NCBI GenBank assembly: GCA_021613535.1
Contig: CP075493.1
Location: 6,944,001-7,008,000 of the forward strand
Direction: 5' to 3'
DNA: 64,000 bases
DNA from: Adineta vaga
Lineage: Eukaryota; Animalia; Rotifera
Positions 51,901 to 64,000 of this stretch are shown here, one piece after another. The position numbers and the translations under genes were made by a program. The notes under the pieces are model-generated. The model had not been told where the DNA came from. It did no database searches and was given only the letters and a program-made list of their open reading frames with translations. Every line of letters starts with the position of its first letter. The first letter of the stretch is position 1.

Positions 51901-53100
51901 CCAACGATGACGCTTGCTCGAGACATATTTCTGCGCAGTTACGGAGAGATGATTTTTTCCTTCCTATATATATCTATCGTTTATTTTTTATATTGCTTCC
52001 TTTTCTTTTTCTTATCAATACAACAACTACTCTAACTCTCATAGGTTTCTTTTGCCATCATACAAATGTATATGCATATATGCATCCATCTCCAGAGACC
52101 GTGAAAATATGCCATGCTTCACTGCTATAGAGAGTTGATCGGTCGATCTAGTGCTCGTGCATATATATATATATATATGCATGTATGGAAGTTCACCAAA
52201 GGCACCAGTTAAAGAAGAGAGAGAAGGAGAAGAAGAAGAAGAAGAAGAAGGAGGCTCATGCATGCATGAAAGCACGTCGTCGTCTTATCATCAATTCATC
52301 AATACTACTCGTGAAACTCGGTTGAGTAAGAAGAGTAGCGCAGCGGCCGATCTAATGAGCAACGTTTCTATTTCACGCTCCAAAGAAACAGATTTTAAGC
52401 ATTGTGCCCGCAAGAAATTCCATCTCGACATTGCAGCAAGCATGAAAATACTCTTCTCTTTTCCTCTCTCTCTCTCTATATATATATATATGTGAACATA
52501 TGCATATGGCATGATAGAGAAAAAAAGGTAAATCGACAATGAGAAGCAAAAGAATATAATGATGACTAGTGTAATCATTTTCACTATTCCAATGGATGAC
52601 ATGCATTTGATGAGCATCAGTCAAGTGAATGCGTGTTATATTCGTGTTCATTTCGATTAAAAGACTGAATATATGTATGTGAAGATGTTGATGATGGCGA
52701 TGACAGCCGAATCATGATTATCGTACTTCCCGAGTGACTTAATGAATGAATCAATTGTAATAGATGTGTCTCAATAAGAATGACATACACGGAAGGTATG
52801 TCGTCAAGTATTGTAATATGCCTACTACTACGTAGTTCTCTTACTTTGTTCATATGATGAATCAATTGATCGTTTAAACTATACATGAAAAGAAATATTC
52901 ATTTTTACTTTAATAGAATGCGAAAAAGAATAGTAAACTATATTATATGAATTAGAATTGAATAATACATTTCTTTTATTATTCAATCATATATCCATTT
53001 ATATTTGATAATGACTATTTCAATTAACACATTGTATTACTTCTAATTTTATAGATGTCGTCAAAAAAAAATCTAGAACAACCTATCGAATGGATACGTC
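48950..53100. promoter_or_regulatory. ~4 kb non-coding region upstream of Pax; probable cis-regulatory and 5'UTR domain
   Basis: No credible ORF; rich in GA/CT, CA/TG and AT microsatellites; unusually long for this compact window. Confidence 0.5.
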
Positions 53101-53162
53101 AAAATACCAATCGATGATAAATAGCAAAAAAGAGTCAGTCATCACGTCATTTCTTTGAAAAA

Positions 53163-54182
53163 ATGTTAAAAAACTTGTTTTCTTTGAAATCATATTATCG
53201 TTTTCATCATTGTACAGCTATATCACTAAATAATCGTGCTTTAATACAAGTTCATGGTGATGATACATCGAAATTTTTACAAGGATTGATTACAAATGAT
53301 ATTGAATTTTTAAAAACGACAAATGCTCTCTATAGTATGTTACTCAATGCTCGTGGAAGAATTTTATATGATATGATTATTTACAATCATCAAATAAATA
53401 AATCATCATATTTAATTGAAATATCTCAAAATGCTACTGCAGATTTTCTTCGTCTTTTACGTATGTATAAACTTCGTAAACAAGTCAATATTGAAGATGT
53501 CACACAAAAATATCAAATATGGTCATTATTATCATCTCGAAAAGAATTTGTTTCGACAATAGATGATTTTCGCGAAACATTGAATTTTAAAACACGACAA
53601 GGTTTAATCATTGGTCAATCAGATCCACGACATGCTAGTCTTGGTATACGTCTTATTACTGAACGTCAAACACAAGTTACTGATCTCATCGATTCATGTA
53701 CTGTATCCAATGATCTATCGGTTTATAAACGTTGGCTATATCGACATGGAATCGCTGAAGGAACTGAAGATATTCCTCCAGGTGAATGTATTCCACTTGA
53801 ATACAATATAGTGTTTTTAAATGGTGTTTCATTCAGTAAAGGATGTTATATAGGACAAGAACTAGTTGCACGAACACATCATACTGGTGTCATACGTAAA
53901 CGTTTAATGCCTGTTCAAATTGAAAATTATGAAGAATTATCCAAAAGTTTTGATACTAAAGCAAATGATTTAACAATTATTAATGAAGAAACGAAGAGAC
54001 GTGCTGGAAAATTACGTACATCTATTGAACAAGATGGCATTGCTTTAATACGTTTAAGTGAATGGAAAAATCCCTTACGCATTCAAAATGCTGACGTTTC
54101 TATTAAACCTTCGATACCTAATTGGTGGCCACCACTCGATGAAGCAACGAAACTTGAAATGAAACTAGATCATGTTAGTTAG
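53163..54182 (+). CDS. IBA57: IBA57/CAF17 Fe-S assembly factor (YgfZ/GcvT family), intronless
   Basis: RALIQVHGDDTSKFLQGLITND, LNARGRILYD, DPRH, PLEYN...GVSFSKGCYIGQELVARTHHTGVIRKRLMP, PNWWP. Confidence 0.95.
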   Translation: MLKNLFSLKSYYRFHHCTAISLNNRALIQVHGDDTSKFLQGLITNDIEFLKTTNALYSMLLNARGRILYDMIIYNHQINKSSYLIEISQNATADFLRLLRMYKLRKQVNIEDVTQKYQIWSLLSSRKEFVSTIDDFRETLNFKTRQGLIIGQSDPRHASLGIRLITERQTQVTDLIDSCTVSNDLSVYKRWLYRHGIAEGTEDIPPGECIPLEYNIVFLNGVSFSKGCYIGQELVARTHHTGVIRKRLMPVQIENYEELSKSFDTKANDLTIINEETKRRAGKLRTSIEQDGIALIRLSEWKNPLRIQNADVSIKPSIPNWWPPLDEATKLEMKLDHVS

Positions 54183-54282
54183 AAAAAAAACGAACAAATT
54201 TCATCGATATGTTTGTTCATTCACAAATGATTTTTTTTGTATTTATTTTCTTTTCTTAATAAAATGTTTTTTTTTCTCTTTA

Positions 54283-55556
54283 TTAGTCATCATGACTGAT
54301 ATTTGAATCGGACTGTTCTTGATTGATATTCCTTTCGGCATACGCATTATTTCCACGTGGTGTAGTTTTATTTGAATTTTGTTGTAAAAAATGTTTTCGA
54401 CGACCTTTCTTTCGACGAACTAACAATTCACCAGTTTTTCGTACGAGAATTTCACAATGAGCATTCATATCGAGTGTTTGACCTATTTCTTTTAGAGTTT
54501 CAATTAATGTACCTAAATTCTCTGCTATCCATGTATTTCCTAAACAATGACAAACTCATTATTGTTCTTATCTCAAGTTGATTAACTAGACCTGATTTTC
54601 GAGCATAAATGATACCACCCGATGACGAGAGTGTTTCCATTTCGGGTGTGTACACCACAGGTGTTGGAAAGCATAGAGGCGGTGGTATATCCGATTTTTG
54701 CGAACCATATCCACAACCCATTGGTACGGATGTTGCATTACATTGCGGTGTAGTTGGTTGGAAACAGCATCGTCGACCGTTATTAATCCAATATGATTGT
54801 GTAGGAAATTGATTGTTTGGTATGTTATAAGAATAACAATTTGAATTCATTGGTTTTTCACTTGATGGAAGATTTGTCATTGGTTCATTGCGATAATTAT
54901 GATTATTATTATTGTTATTATTTGAATACGATGTTGTGGATGTATTTTGAAAAAGATACGTATCTATAGGTTTGATAGATTCTTGTAACTTTGTATCGTT
55001 GATCTTCGGTGAATGAATATAGAAAATACTTGAAAATTGTATCAAACTTTCAGAAAGATAACATAATTCTTCTGATAAATTCTGATATAAAGAACGTGTT
55101 TGATCAACTCGAAGAAATTCTGCATTCTACATCATATTCAAAACAGAAGTTATTAGTTTATTTCTATCATGATACTATTACTTTCACTTGTAATAAAAGA
55201 TTATAAAAATAATTATTGATTGTACGAATATGTTTGATAATTAAATTCAAATCTTGCCATTCTAGATCATTTAATTGATCGATACAGATTTGTATCGATC
55301 GCCATATATGTACAGGATCAAGATTTATTGTTAATTGAATTGTTCGATTAGGAAGATATTCTTCAATAAGTCTATTTATTAACATATCAAAAAGAGATGC
55401 AAGTTGTTTAGCATAGTCACTACGTAAGTGAAAGAGTTCAATAAAATGTTCATTAAAATTTATATTCTTATGACAAGTAGTTTGAATATTTAGTGTTAAC
55501 TCTTGAATGTATTGTACTAATTTACTCGATACTGATTCAATCTGTTGATCGAGCAT
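54283..55556 (-). CDS. Uncharacterised protein, 3 exons
   Basis: Three ORF-track fragments join in frame through GT-AG introns at about 55127-55187 and 54540-54591; no family recognised. Confidence 0.65.
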
Positions 55557-55719
55557 GATAATGACAGGAAAAAAAAGAATTAGATTGAAATCAATTTATC
55601 GCGCTTAAGATTAATATACATTTTATTAAGTCTCCTATTTATTTGCTTCAAATCTACAAAGAAAGAAAGAAAGAAGGTAAGCAACACACATATGAAAATT
55701 ACAAAAAAGAAGAATAGAA

Positions 55720-58528
55720 CTAATCATCATCATCAGTATCAGATGAACTGTATCGTGCAGCTTTTAATGATCGAGCCGACAATTTCATTGTATCAGCAAT
55801 ATCATCATCGTCATCGTCATAATTACTAGCAACATTACGATTTTTACTTCGTGATTCATCAAAATCGGTTGAATAAATTTTTTCTCCTGTTTTTGTACTT
55901 AATAATAAATCATCGTCTTCATCATCGTCATTCTCATTGGATTCTCGTCGGAAAGACTGCTGTTGTTGCTGATGTCTTTTTGATATTGAAGAAGATGTTG
56001 AGGAATCAATATCACGATCTGAAACTTGATCGACTTCATCGTATATTGAACTTGGTTTCTTAACAATAATAGTTGGTTTCAGTATAATTCCCGGCGGTGA
56101 ATGAGTACGTGCTGATGATGATGAAGATGATCGATCTCTTGCCAATGTTCGTTGTTCAAATGCTGCTGTAGTAAAACGACCTGTACCTTCCATCGGTGAT
56201 TTTCGACGTGGTATTTTTCTATCATCTTCCGAACGAGAGATTTTACTTTCAGTATTTAGATCTTCTTCAAAACTAGAAGTATTATATTGTTCAGGTGGAG
56301 GTGAAGGTGATGATGATGATGCTTGTTTTCGACGAATCTGTTGTGGTGGATGACGATGTGGTTGAGATGGCGGTTTAATTCTTTTGTCAACATCAGCTAA
56401 TGAAATTTCATGACCAAGTAATTCATTTTCTACTAATTTCTGACTCAATTCAACAGTTAATAATTCAACTTCTTGAACGACAGTCAATAAGGCTTCATCG
56501 AGTAAAAATTCCGATAATCTAAAAGTCAAAAAAATTATCTAAATCTATCTATTCTTTGAAAAAAATAAAGATTCGAACAAACCTATTAATAACTTGACAT
56601 GGATCAAAATCTTCGTTCTTAGCTGATTCTGTTCGTTGTAAATAACTTCGATAATCTTTTCGATAACGTTCAATTTCTCGTATTTTACCAGAATTCAGAC
56701 CATACAATCGAATTTGACCTCGTGATGAAGATGACGTTGTCGTCTGTTCAAATGCTTGCTTATCTTCATTTGTTTTTGTCATAAAATCATCAATTGTGTA
56801 TTCATATAGTGGTGTATGTATCTGAACATCTTCTGATACTGTCTTTTTTGGTGAAGATTCTTTTTGAAATCGTACGGTTCGTCGAGTTGTTGTTTCATTT
56901 TCAAATCGATTTGTCTTATAATTTTGAAGACGTTGTCGAATTTGAGACATTTCATCTTCCCATGTAGATATCTGTGTTTGATAAACATCTATATTTACTC
57001 GACGAGCATGTTCTTCGGGTGTTTCAAAAACTTCAAAATTAGTTGTTGGTTGAATTTGTTGAGCTTGTCTGGGCATCAGCATTTGTAGAACACGTCCAGT
57101 GATTTCATCATCAGTTAAACGATTATCCACAAGAAACATTGGAATTAATGTACGTGCTCGTTCAATTTGTTTCGATAGTTCAACTCCAGTATAATTTGCA
57201 AGAAGTTGCGGAGCTAGTTTTACTAAAATATGATCAACAGTAAAACGTGAATGAAATGGTGTTTCAATAGACGACGCAGATTTAACAGATGGTAATGGTG
57301 AATGACTTCGTGCTCGAGTTTTCTGTTGTAAAGATATTGTTGGACGAGTAATAGAAGATGCATCTGTATGTGGTAAACGTATTGACTCAGCACTACGTGG
57401 TCGCAAAACAGATGGTATTACTCGTGGTTTTCGTTGTTTATGTTGTTTCTTTTTCATTAATTCATTGTAGATAGCTGGTAAAAGATGATTTGTAGGTTTC
57501 GATCGATTTTCAGTTGTTGGTTGTGAATTAATAGTTTTCGATGAAGGTATACGAAGATAGGATGGATCAATTTGTAATTGAGATAAACCAAGTGCATAGT
57601 TTGTATTCGTTAACGTTTCAAGAACAGAAAGAATGGCCGTGAAAAGTTGTTGAACAGGTGCATCTTGCTGTTTCATTGGAGCTTCATTAGCAAGTGTTTC
57701 AACAGCAAGTAAAATTGCTTTATAAGCATTGAGATGACGATGACTAATTCGAGGCTACGAAGAGATAGAAGATCAAATGATTTTCAAAAGTCAACATCGA
57801 ATTTTCACAATACAACATACTAGATTAGCATCTGGTTGACGAATATCATGAAGGATTTGTTTGAGTTCTTGATGTGCATTATAAATTGCTCGTGAATCAC
57901 GTTTTATTCTTTCACGTTTAAGTCGTATTCGACGTTGTTTTTCTTGTTCCGTTTCATCGATAATATTCTCTCTTGCTGGTGGATGATGTAAAATACGTAA
58001 TTGTAATAGAAGTTGATCATGTACATCAGTTACTTCATTTTGTCTCAATGGTTCTTCTGAACGAGCAAAATGAATTGGTACTGGTGTCATTTGAGATCGA
58101 TGGGATTCATTAGTATACGTTTTCTTAATAGGTACTGATCTTTTTGGAGCTGACGCTGAACGTACTGATGATTTTTGTGAACGTTGTACTGGTGGTTGTG
58201 AAGGACGAACATTTCGTTGTTGAAATGATTGTTTTGTAGAATTTTTTTCATTTAATTCTTTTTTCCATCGATCTTCTTTCAATTTTCGTTGTGCTAAAAA
58301 TTGATACATATGCAGTTTATTTGCATCAATTGATTGTAATTGAGGTAATGATGCTGATGAATAATCGATGCGAGGAATTGTTTGTTGTAGAACATGTGGA
58401 GCTCGACCGAAAGAAATCGGTGCTGGATGTGTAACATTGATAAGATTAAGAGGAGAAACAAAAGCATTCTCATGAAATTGAAGATAATTATGAGGTAAAT
58501 CACTGTTCATTTGAGTTGGTTGAAACAT
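55720..58528 (-). CDS. KIAA0753: KIAA0753/Moonraker (OFIP) centriolar-satellite protein-like
   Basis: N-terminal NYLQFHENA...NL...HPAPI and KLHMYQFLAQRKLK; C-terminal IERYRKDYRSYLQ...FDPCQVINRLSEFLLDEALLTVVQEV resemble recalled Moonraker blocks. Confidence 0.72.
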
Positions 58529-58715
58529 GTTCACTTCTTTCTGAATTAGATTTAGATGGAATGGAAAGAAAGAGATCATCAGTGTTGTCTCGACGACGAA
58601 CATTCAACATCGAATGGAAGAAAGATATGATAGAGGACGCTTTCGCTGAGAATATCGCCACAAAGCATACAACCAAGTATTGTGCTTGTCAGGCCGAATA
58701 ACGACATACATGTAC

Positions 58716-58898
58716 AACTCGAAAAGACGTTTCGAGTATTAAACTTTTGAATTCGAGTTTTAAACTTTTCAACTTGAGGGTGTGCGTTGGTGGGTGTGGG
58801 TGTGGGTGTTAGAAGGTAAGCAAGAACGTGTGGAGGTTGAAAAATTTAAAACTCGAAGCTTCGACTTCTAGATATAAGTTTAATACTCGAATCGAGTT
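58716..58898. repeat. Foldback inverted repeat enclosing a (GGGTGT)3 telomere-like core
   Basis: Arms 58716-58722/58892-58898 (7 bp), 58731-58746/58876-58891 (16 bp perfect), 58752-58773/58836-58857 (21/22). Loop has TGAGGG and (GGGTGT)3 at 58792-58809. Confidence 0.85.
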
Positions 58899-59963
58899 AA
58901 CGATTTCTACACTACTCGCTTTTTCAAACGAAGGAAAACGTTTTCAATGTTGTTTATTCAGTGATTTAGAACGAAAAAGAAGTTTGCAATAGTCTCATGG
59001 GCGATGTAGATGAATAGCTTCTCTGTTATACAATTAATTAAAAATTAGATGGTTATTAATTCAGAATGATCAGATTTTTATATTTGTCAGCTTCTCAAAT
59101 GTTTATCCATTCTATCTCATTCTTTATCATTAAATGTTTCAAAACATTTGAATGTTATAAACTGTACACAACTGATTATTATCTTAATGTAAATTTTGGT
59201 ATGAATTAGAGCGATTGATCAAATGCAGCGCATCGAAAAAAAAATGAAGGAAGGTGTAAGTAAATATCGGTGCATAGTTTAAATAACAGTAAAGATAAGT
59301 GGCCTATTGTACATTTTATTTTATTCTTGCGTTCTCCGATCATTTCTTGTGTGCTGGCTGATTGATTCAGTCATTGTTCATTACTATTAGTTTTCGCTGA
59401 AGGATCAAATATTAAATTGAACGATATCAATTTCAAGGCTTAGGATTTAGAGAAGATTCATACTGTAACCACATCCTAAAACTTATATTGTACAATACAA
59501 TCATTTCTGATGTCTACTACATATAAACTCAAAACGTTTTCCGATGAAAATACACTATTTTCATAGTATTTCACGTTCACCATATTGCTCTTTGAAATTA
59601 AAGTTGATTATACTTTTTGCGAAAAGATTTCAATTACGGCAACCATTCTTCAAATCAACATCAAGCTATGAAAACGCAAATACTTCATTTAACGTATGGT
59701 TTTAAATAAAATCGTTAATATTGTATAGATATTCATATGGAGTATCATAAAAGGCTATTTTTTTAATTTTACAGAGTTCAGCTTTGTTAAATGTCTTTGT
59801 CAAGTTAGTGAAAAGTACCTGATGTTCTATTGGTGCAGAGTAACGTATCACATGTAGCAGTATGATTCATCAATCTTGAAGAAAAACAAAACAAGGAGAA
59901 GCAGTCATTTTATTGTTACGTTACGCAGAGCAGAGTATCTGCTGAGCAATTTTTTCAAATACA

Positions 59964-60478
59964 ATGGCATCTAATTCACCATATGCTGATCTTGTTGATC
60001 GGCCACTTTTTGGTGAAACGAGATCTCGAGTAAGATATTGTTGAATTTCTATGCCTAGAATCTTAAAATTATCTTTTTATCTTTCTAGGATCGAATATCA
60101 TTTATGATTATAACAGCCGTTACAACTGTCTTTGTTCTTGTAAATAGTTTGTTTCCAATGAATAATTGAACATCGTATCATTAATTGAGGTTTTTTTTGT
60201 TTCTCTAGGCAACATTTGTTGGGATGTTTCTTTTTAAACATATCAGTGTAACTCATATCTTTTTAAATATCTGTCTTATACTTCTTCTTGGTTCACATTT
60301 GTGTCTAGTAAGTTATTTTTACAATATTTTCAATGAAACTATCTATTAATCATCATTATAGGCATTTTGGTATCGGTCAGGTGAATTAGAACCACGTTTT
60401 CGGAATATGTTATTTTTCAATACAGCAATTATTATATTACTATGCATTTGTGCTAATTTAATCATAAGTGGAAAATAA
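59964..60478 (+). CDS. TMEM243: Transmembrane protein 243, 4 exons (absent from the ORF track)
   Basis: DRPLFGETRSR|DRI..., FWYRSGELEPRFRNMLFFN...ILLCICANL. Confidence 0.9.
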
Positions 60479-61083
60479 TTTTTCTCCTAGTTCCATTGTA
60501 GATATTGACTATGTTCGATAAATGAATTAAAATAAAAAAGATTTTCGTTTGAATTAATACATCAAATGATATTATCAAATGGTGAACTACTTAAGCGAGT
60601 TAAAACCGATGAAAATACGTTGAGTACGGATTCATCACTACTATTGATCGAAATGAGACATGACAAGTCAAAGAAGTATTTTCTTATGGGTATAGTCATC
60701 CGATAAAATATGATGTTGAATAATGCGTAAAGGTATGTTCGTCATTTGAGAAACTGTTTGCATTCATTTTTTTAAAGAAAATAATCGTTGTAGTTGTAAT
60801 GAAGCATAAATAGAAAGATTATTTTCGGTTAAATATATTTCGAATTATTCAAATATTGACATATATCAAGCATTTTGTTTTCTTTTTCGTTTTTTAAAGA
60901 TTATATATTTTTTTAAATAATCATAATGCTAAGCATAACTAAAACTTTTTTCTTATTATAAAAAAAAACAATAAAAAGAAAATGTCATACTGCTACAAAT
61001 CAATGACTAAAGGTTTCTTTTTTTTAGACCGGGAGCGATGAAAGGATCAACTAAAAATAAGTTTTTATATATTGATTGATAAC

Positions 61084-62461
61084 TTAATCGGAGCTTGTTG
61101 CTTTGGTAGCATCATTTTTCTCTTCAGATAATTCTTTTTGTGTCTTCTCGAGCATTTCACGTGACCAATCATCAATTTTTAATCCTTGTACAATTGAAAT
61201 TTTACCATCTTTAATTTGTACTGGATAACTAAATACTAAACCTTTTTCAATATCGTATGAACCATCACTGATGATACCCATTGAAACCCATTCATTCTAG
61301 AATGGATACATACATTTCATATAATAAAAATGAAATAGAAGTTTTATTTTTATCTTACATCTTTTGTTCCTTGCCACCAATCACGCATATGATCGCAAAT
61401 GGCTTTAGCTGCTGACATAGCACTTGAAAGTTTACGTGCAGCAATAACAGCAGCACCACGTTTTTGTACGGTCTAATAAAAAGAAAAGAATAGCAACGAA
61501 GTGCTTTTTATTTATTATTCAGCTGTATTCTTACTGAAACGAAGTCATTCTTAATCCAATTGTCATCTTTAATAGCATCATAAGCTGGTGTATCTTTACC
61601 ATTGACATTGACTGTTGCTGAGCGAACATCGGGAAATTGTGTTGAAGAATGATTACCCCAAATGATAACATTTTTAACATTTTCAGGCGAGACTTTCAAA
61701 CGATTTGCGATTTGAGCTTTAGCACGATTATGATCTAAACGTGTTAAACAAGTAAAATTCTCTCGTGGAATTGATGGAGCATAATGAGCTAGAATATAAC
61801 AATTCGTATTGGCTGGATTACCAACAACAAGAACCTAATTGTTAAACAAAATTGAATGCTTTAAATAAATACAAAAACAAAGATAATATTTTACTTTAAC
61901 ATTTTTCTTGGCAAATTTATCAAGAGCAGTTCCTTGTGATTTAAAGATTTTTACATTAGCATTGAGTAAATCTTTACGTTCCATGCCTTCTTTACGTGGC
62001 ATAGCACCAACAAATAAAGCAACATCAACGTCTTTAAAGGCTGTTTCTTCACTATCCGTTGGTATTGCTCCTAAATAAAAAATAGTTTTATAAAATCAAA
62101 TAGATAATTTCATTCATCTATTTAATCTTACCCTTAACTAAAGGTAAACTAGTGTCTTCAATTTCCATAACGACACCTTGAAGTACGCCCATCATCGGTG
62201 TAATATCGAGTAAATGAAGAATAACACTCTAAATAAATCAAAGGATTCGTCTTCAAATGAAATCATTCTAATAGCAAAGAAAGAACTCACTTGATCTTTT
62301 CCAAAAACATCACCGTTACAAATTTGATGAATTAATGAATAAGCAATTTGACCGGCAGCTCCGGTAATAACAATACGAATTGGATCTTTAGTTTTCTATT
62401 TAAACAGATACAAGAAAATTATTGATTTTTCTTTTTCTTTGTTTCTTACTGATGAAGACAT
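61084..62461 (-). CDS. MDH1: Cytosolic malate dehydrogenase
   Basis: [83 protein letters not shown]. Confidence 0.97.
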
Positions 62462-62755
62462 AATTTGTTTCTAGTTATGTAAAAATCTAAAAGTTAAATG
62501 AATTTTAAAGTGATAGAAGAAAAAGTATATACGATGGTTATTTATAGAAGAAATGGAGTAAATATAATTCGTACCTAGAAGAAATACACAAGGCAAAAAG
62601 CGGCGAGAAAGAGAAAACGAAATTATTTTACAAATGATCTTGATTGGTTTTTGTATCAACCAATAAATGAATCTGTTGCATCGAGCACAAGCTAACTGAA
62701 ATATGTTGGTCTATCTTATTCATCGGTCTGTGTTTTTCTTACAAACAATGAACTA

Positions 62756-63367
62756 ATGATCAATGTCAATTTTATTCTCCTACTTTTCATCCAACTATTT
62801 GGTTTAATTACTAGTCAAAATCGCTTTCTTAGTCTTACTCCATGTCATCAAGTGTCAATTGAATCTGTTGATTGCACACTAACATCAGATTGTAAATATG
62901 GTGAAGAACTTTCCGCTTCATGTCGAATGTTAAATGGTTCATGTTTAAATACAAATCAAAAACCTGTTTCTTCATTTCAACGTTCATATATATGTCGATA
63001 TTGTTATCAAATCTCATTGGATGAATTAGCTTGCACACCAAATATTGCTTGTCGTCATCATCAAAATTCTAATCGTTACAAATCAAATTGTACAATTGCT
63101 GATGAAACACAACTTTGTTTAGGTTCAAGGACATTCTATAGAAATATTGAATGTAATTGGACGAGTGGTTATAAGAAATGGAATGCTTTATTATTAAGTA
63201 TTTTCGTTGGTGGCCTTGGTTTTGATCGATTCTATTTAGGACATATTAAAGAAGCTTTTGGAAAAATATTTTCATTTGGTGGTCTTGGTATTTGGACATT
63301 AATTGATTCAGTATTGATTGCTTGTGGTTATTTAACACCGGATGATGGCTCAGTCTATATCGAATAA
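62756..63367 (+). CDS. TM2D3: TM2 domain protein 3 / almondex, intronless
   Basis: Signal peptide, Cys-rich CRYCYQ...CLGSRTF...CNWTSGY, GGLGFDRFYLG...GKIFSFGGLGIWTLID...P.DGSVYI. Confidence 0.92.
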   Translation: MINVNFILLLFIQLFGLITSQNRFLSLTPCHQVSIESVDCTLTSDCKYGEELSASCRMLNGSCLNTNQKPVSSFQRSYICRYCYQISLDELACTPNIACRHHQNSNRYKSNCTIADETQLCLGSRTFYRNIECNWTSGYKKWNALLLSIFVGGLGFDRFYLGHIKEAFGKIFSFGGLGIWTLIDSVLIACGYLTPDDGSVYIE

Positions 63368-63660
63368 AATCAATGAACCTATTTTTGTTATTTGTAAATA
63401 AGTTAAAACGAACTTTTTTTTATTGTAATCTTTCTTTTCCTAAGAAATAGAGAGAATATGATAATTAGACAAAGCATACATTCGTTAATATCATTGCATT
63501 GCATCCATCTACATGTAAGTACTGATAGCAAACATCTAACAAATACACGATTTACATCGATGCTTAATAAAATGCTAAGATTATCATTTATGAATATCTA
63601 TATCAATATGGTGTTGAAAGCTTGTTTGTTTTTTTAAATTTATTATTGATTCTTTCAGAT

Positions 63661-64000
63661 ATGTCTTTAAACAATGAATCCATCCCACGTAATAAACCAT
63701 TTGCACGTGATATTGATCCTCAACGTATACGAATGCCTATCAACGATTCTCATATTCTGAATTTGCCTCCTCCACCACAACCAACAACAACCTACTCATC
63801 ATTTACTGTTCGTCCATCAGCAATACCAGGCAATTTCAATATTCCACCACCACCACCACTCTCTGTCTCAACATCTTCTATGCTTAACGATACAATGTCA
63901 ACATTTAATAAAGAACGTTTACATGATGTTTTACAACAAGGTCTCGGCACATATGTATATATTGAACATTTTGGTCTTGTTCCCAAATTAAATCATTTCT
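63661..64000 (+). CDS. Uncharacterised Pro-rich protein, 5' part; runs off the window end
   Basis: Open frame from ATG 63661 to the window end (MSLNNESIPRNKPF...PPPPQP...), preceded by the acceptor TTCTTTCAG. Confidence 0.65.
   Translation, partial: MSLNNESIPRNKPFARDIDPQRIRMPINDSHILNLPPPPQPTTTYSSFTVRPSAIPGNFNIPPPPPLSVSTSSMLNDTMSTFNKERLHDVLQQGLGTYVYIEHFGLVPKLNHF

Noticed and set aside
49017-52886. Many overlapping 60-134 aa ORFs upstream of Pax
   Set aside because: Translations of GA/CT/CA microsatellite-rich non-coding DNA, with no domains or consistent splice structure.
61020-61086. MDH1 stop-codon readthrough to a peroxisomal PTS1, as in vertebrates
   Set aside because: The stop is TAA-G rather than TGA-CTA, and the extension (VINQYIKTYF*) has no SKL-like end.

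Overview
AT-rich, gene-dense eukaryotic (metazoan) DNA with many ~45-70 nt GT-AG introns. The composition, intron size, a TGTGGG telomere-like repeat and a fungal/plant-type gene suggest a bdelloid rotifer (inference only). About 22 protein-coding genes were reconstructed by hand: KIM-type tyrosine phosphatase (partial), FGFR1OP2/SIKE, CLEC16A with a nested antisense LRR-TM gene, RPL17, MRPL27, a ZAD/C2H2 zinc-finger gene, hnRNP A1-like, NCA2/DGS1-like, two tandem Msx genes, TRPA1, two tandem syntaxins, a trypsin-like protease, a paired-only Pax gene, IBA57, an orphan gene, KIAA0753, TMEM243, MDH1, TM2D3 and a truncated unknown gene. The strongest finding is the syntaxin-1 gene (39800-43441). 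It has two adjacent clusters of same-length mutually exclusive exons in the Habc domain (2 x 77 nt, 3 x 109 nt) and four alternative terminal transmembrane exons. One intronic (CACGA)n element can pair either upstream (looping out exon 3b) or downstream (looping out 4a, or 4a+4b), predicting an RNA-structure switch that couples the two clusters. Other leads: a probable horizontally acquired NCA2 gene in an operon-like position, a foldback element with telomere-like repeats in its loop, a structured GC-richer island upstream of MRPL27, and several operon-like gene pairs. Gene identities come from recalled family motifs; no database searches were run.
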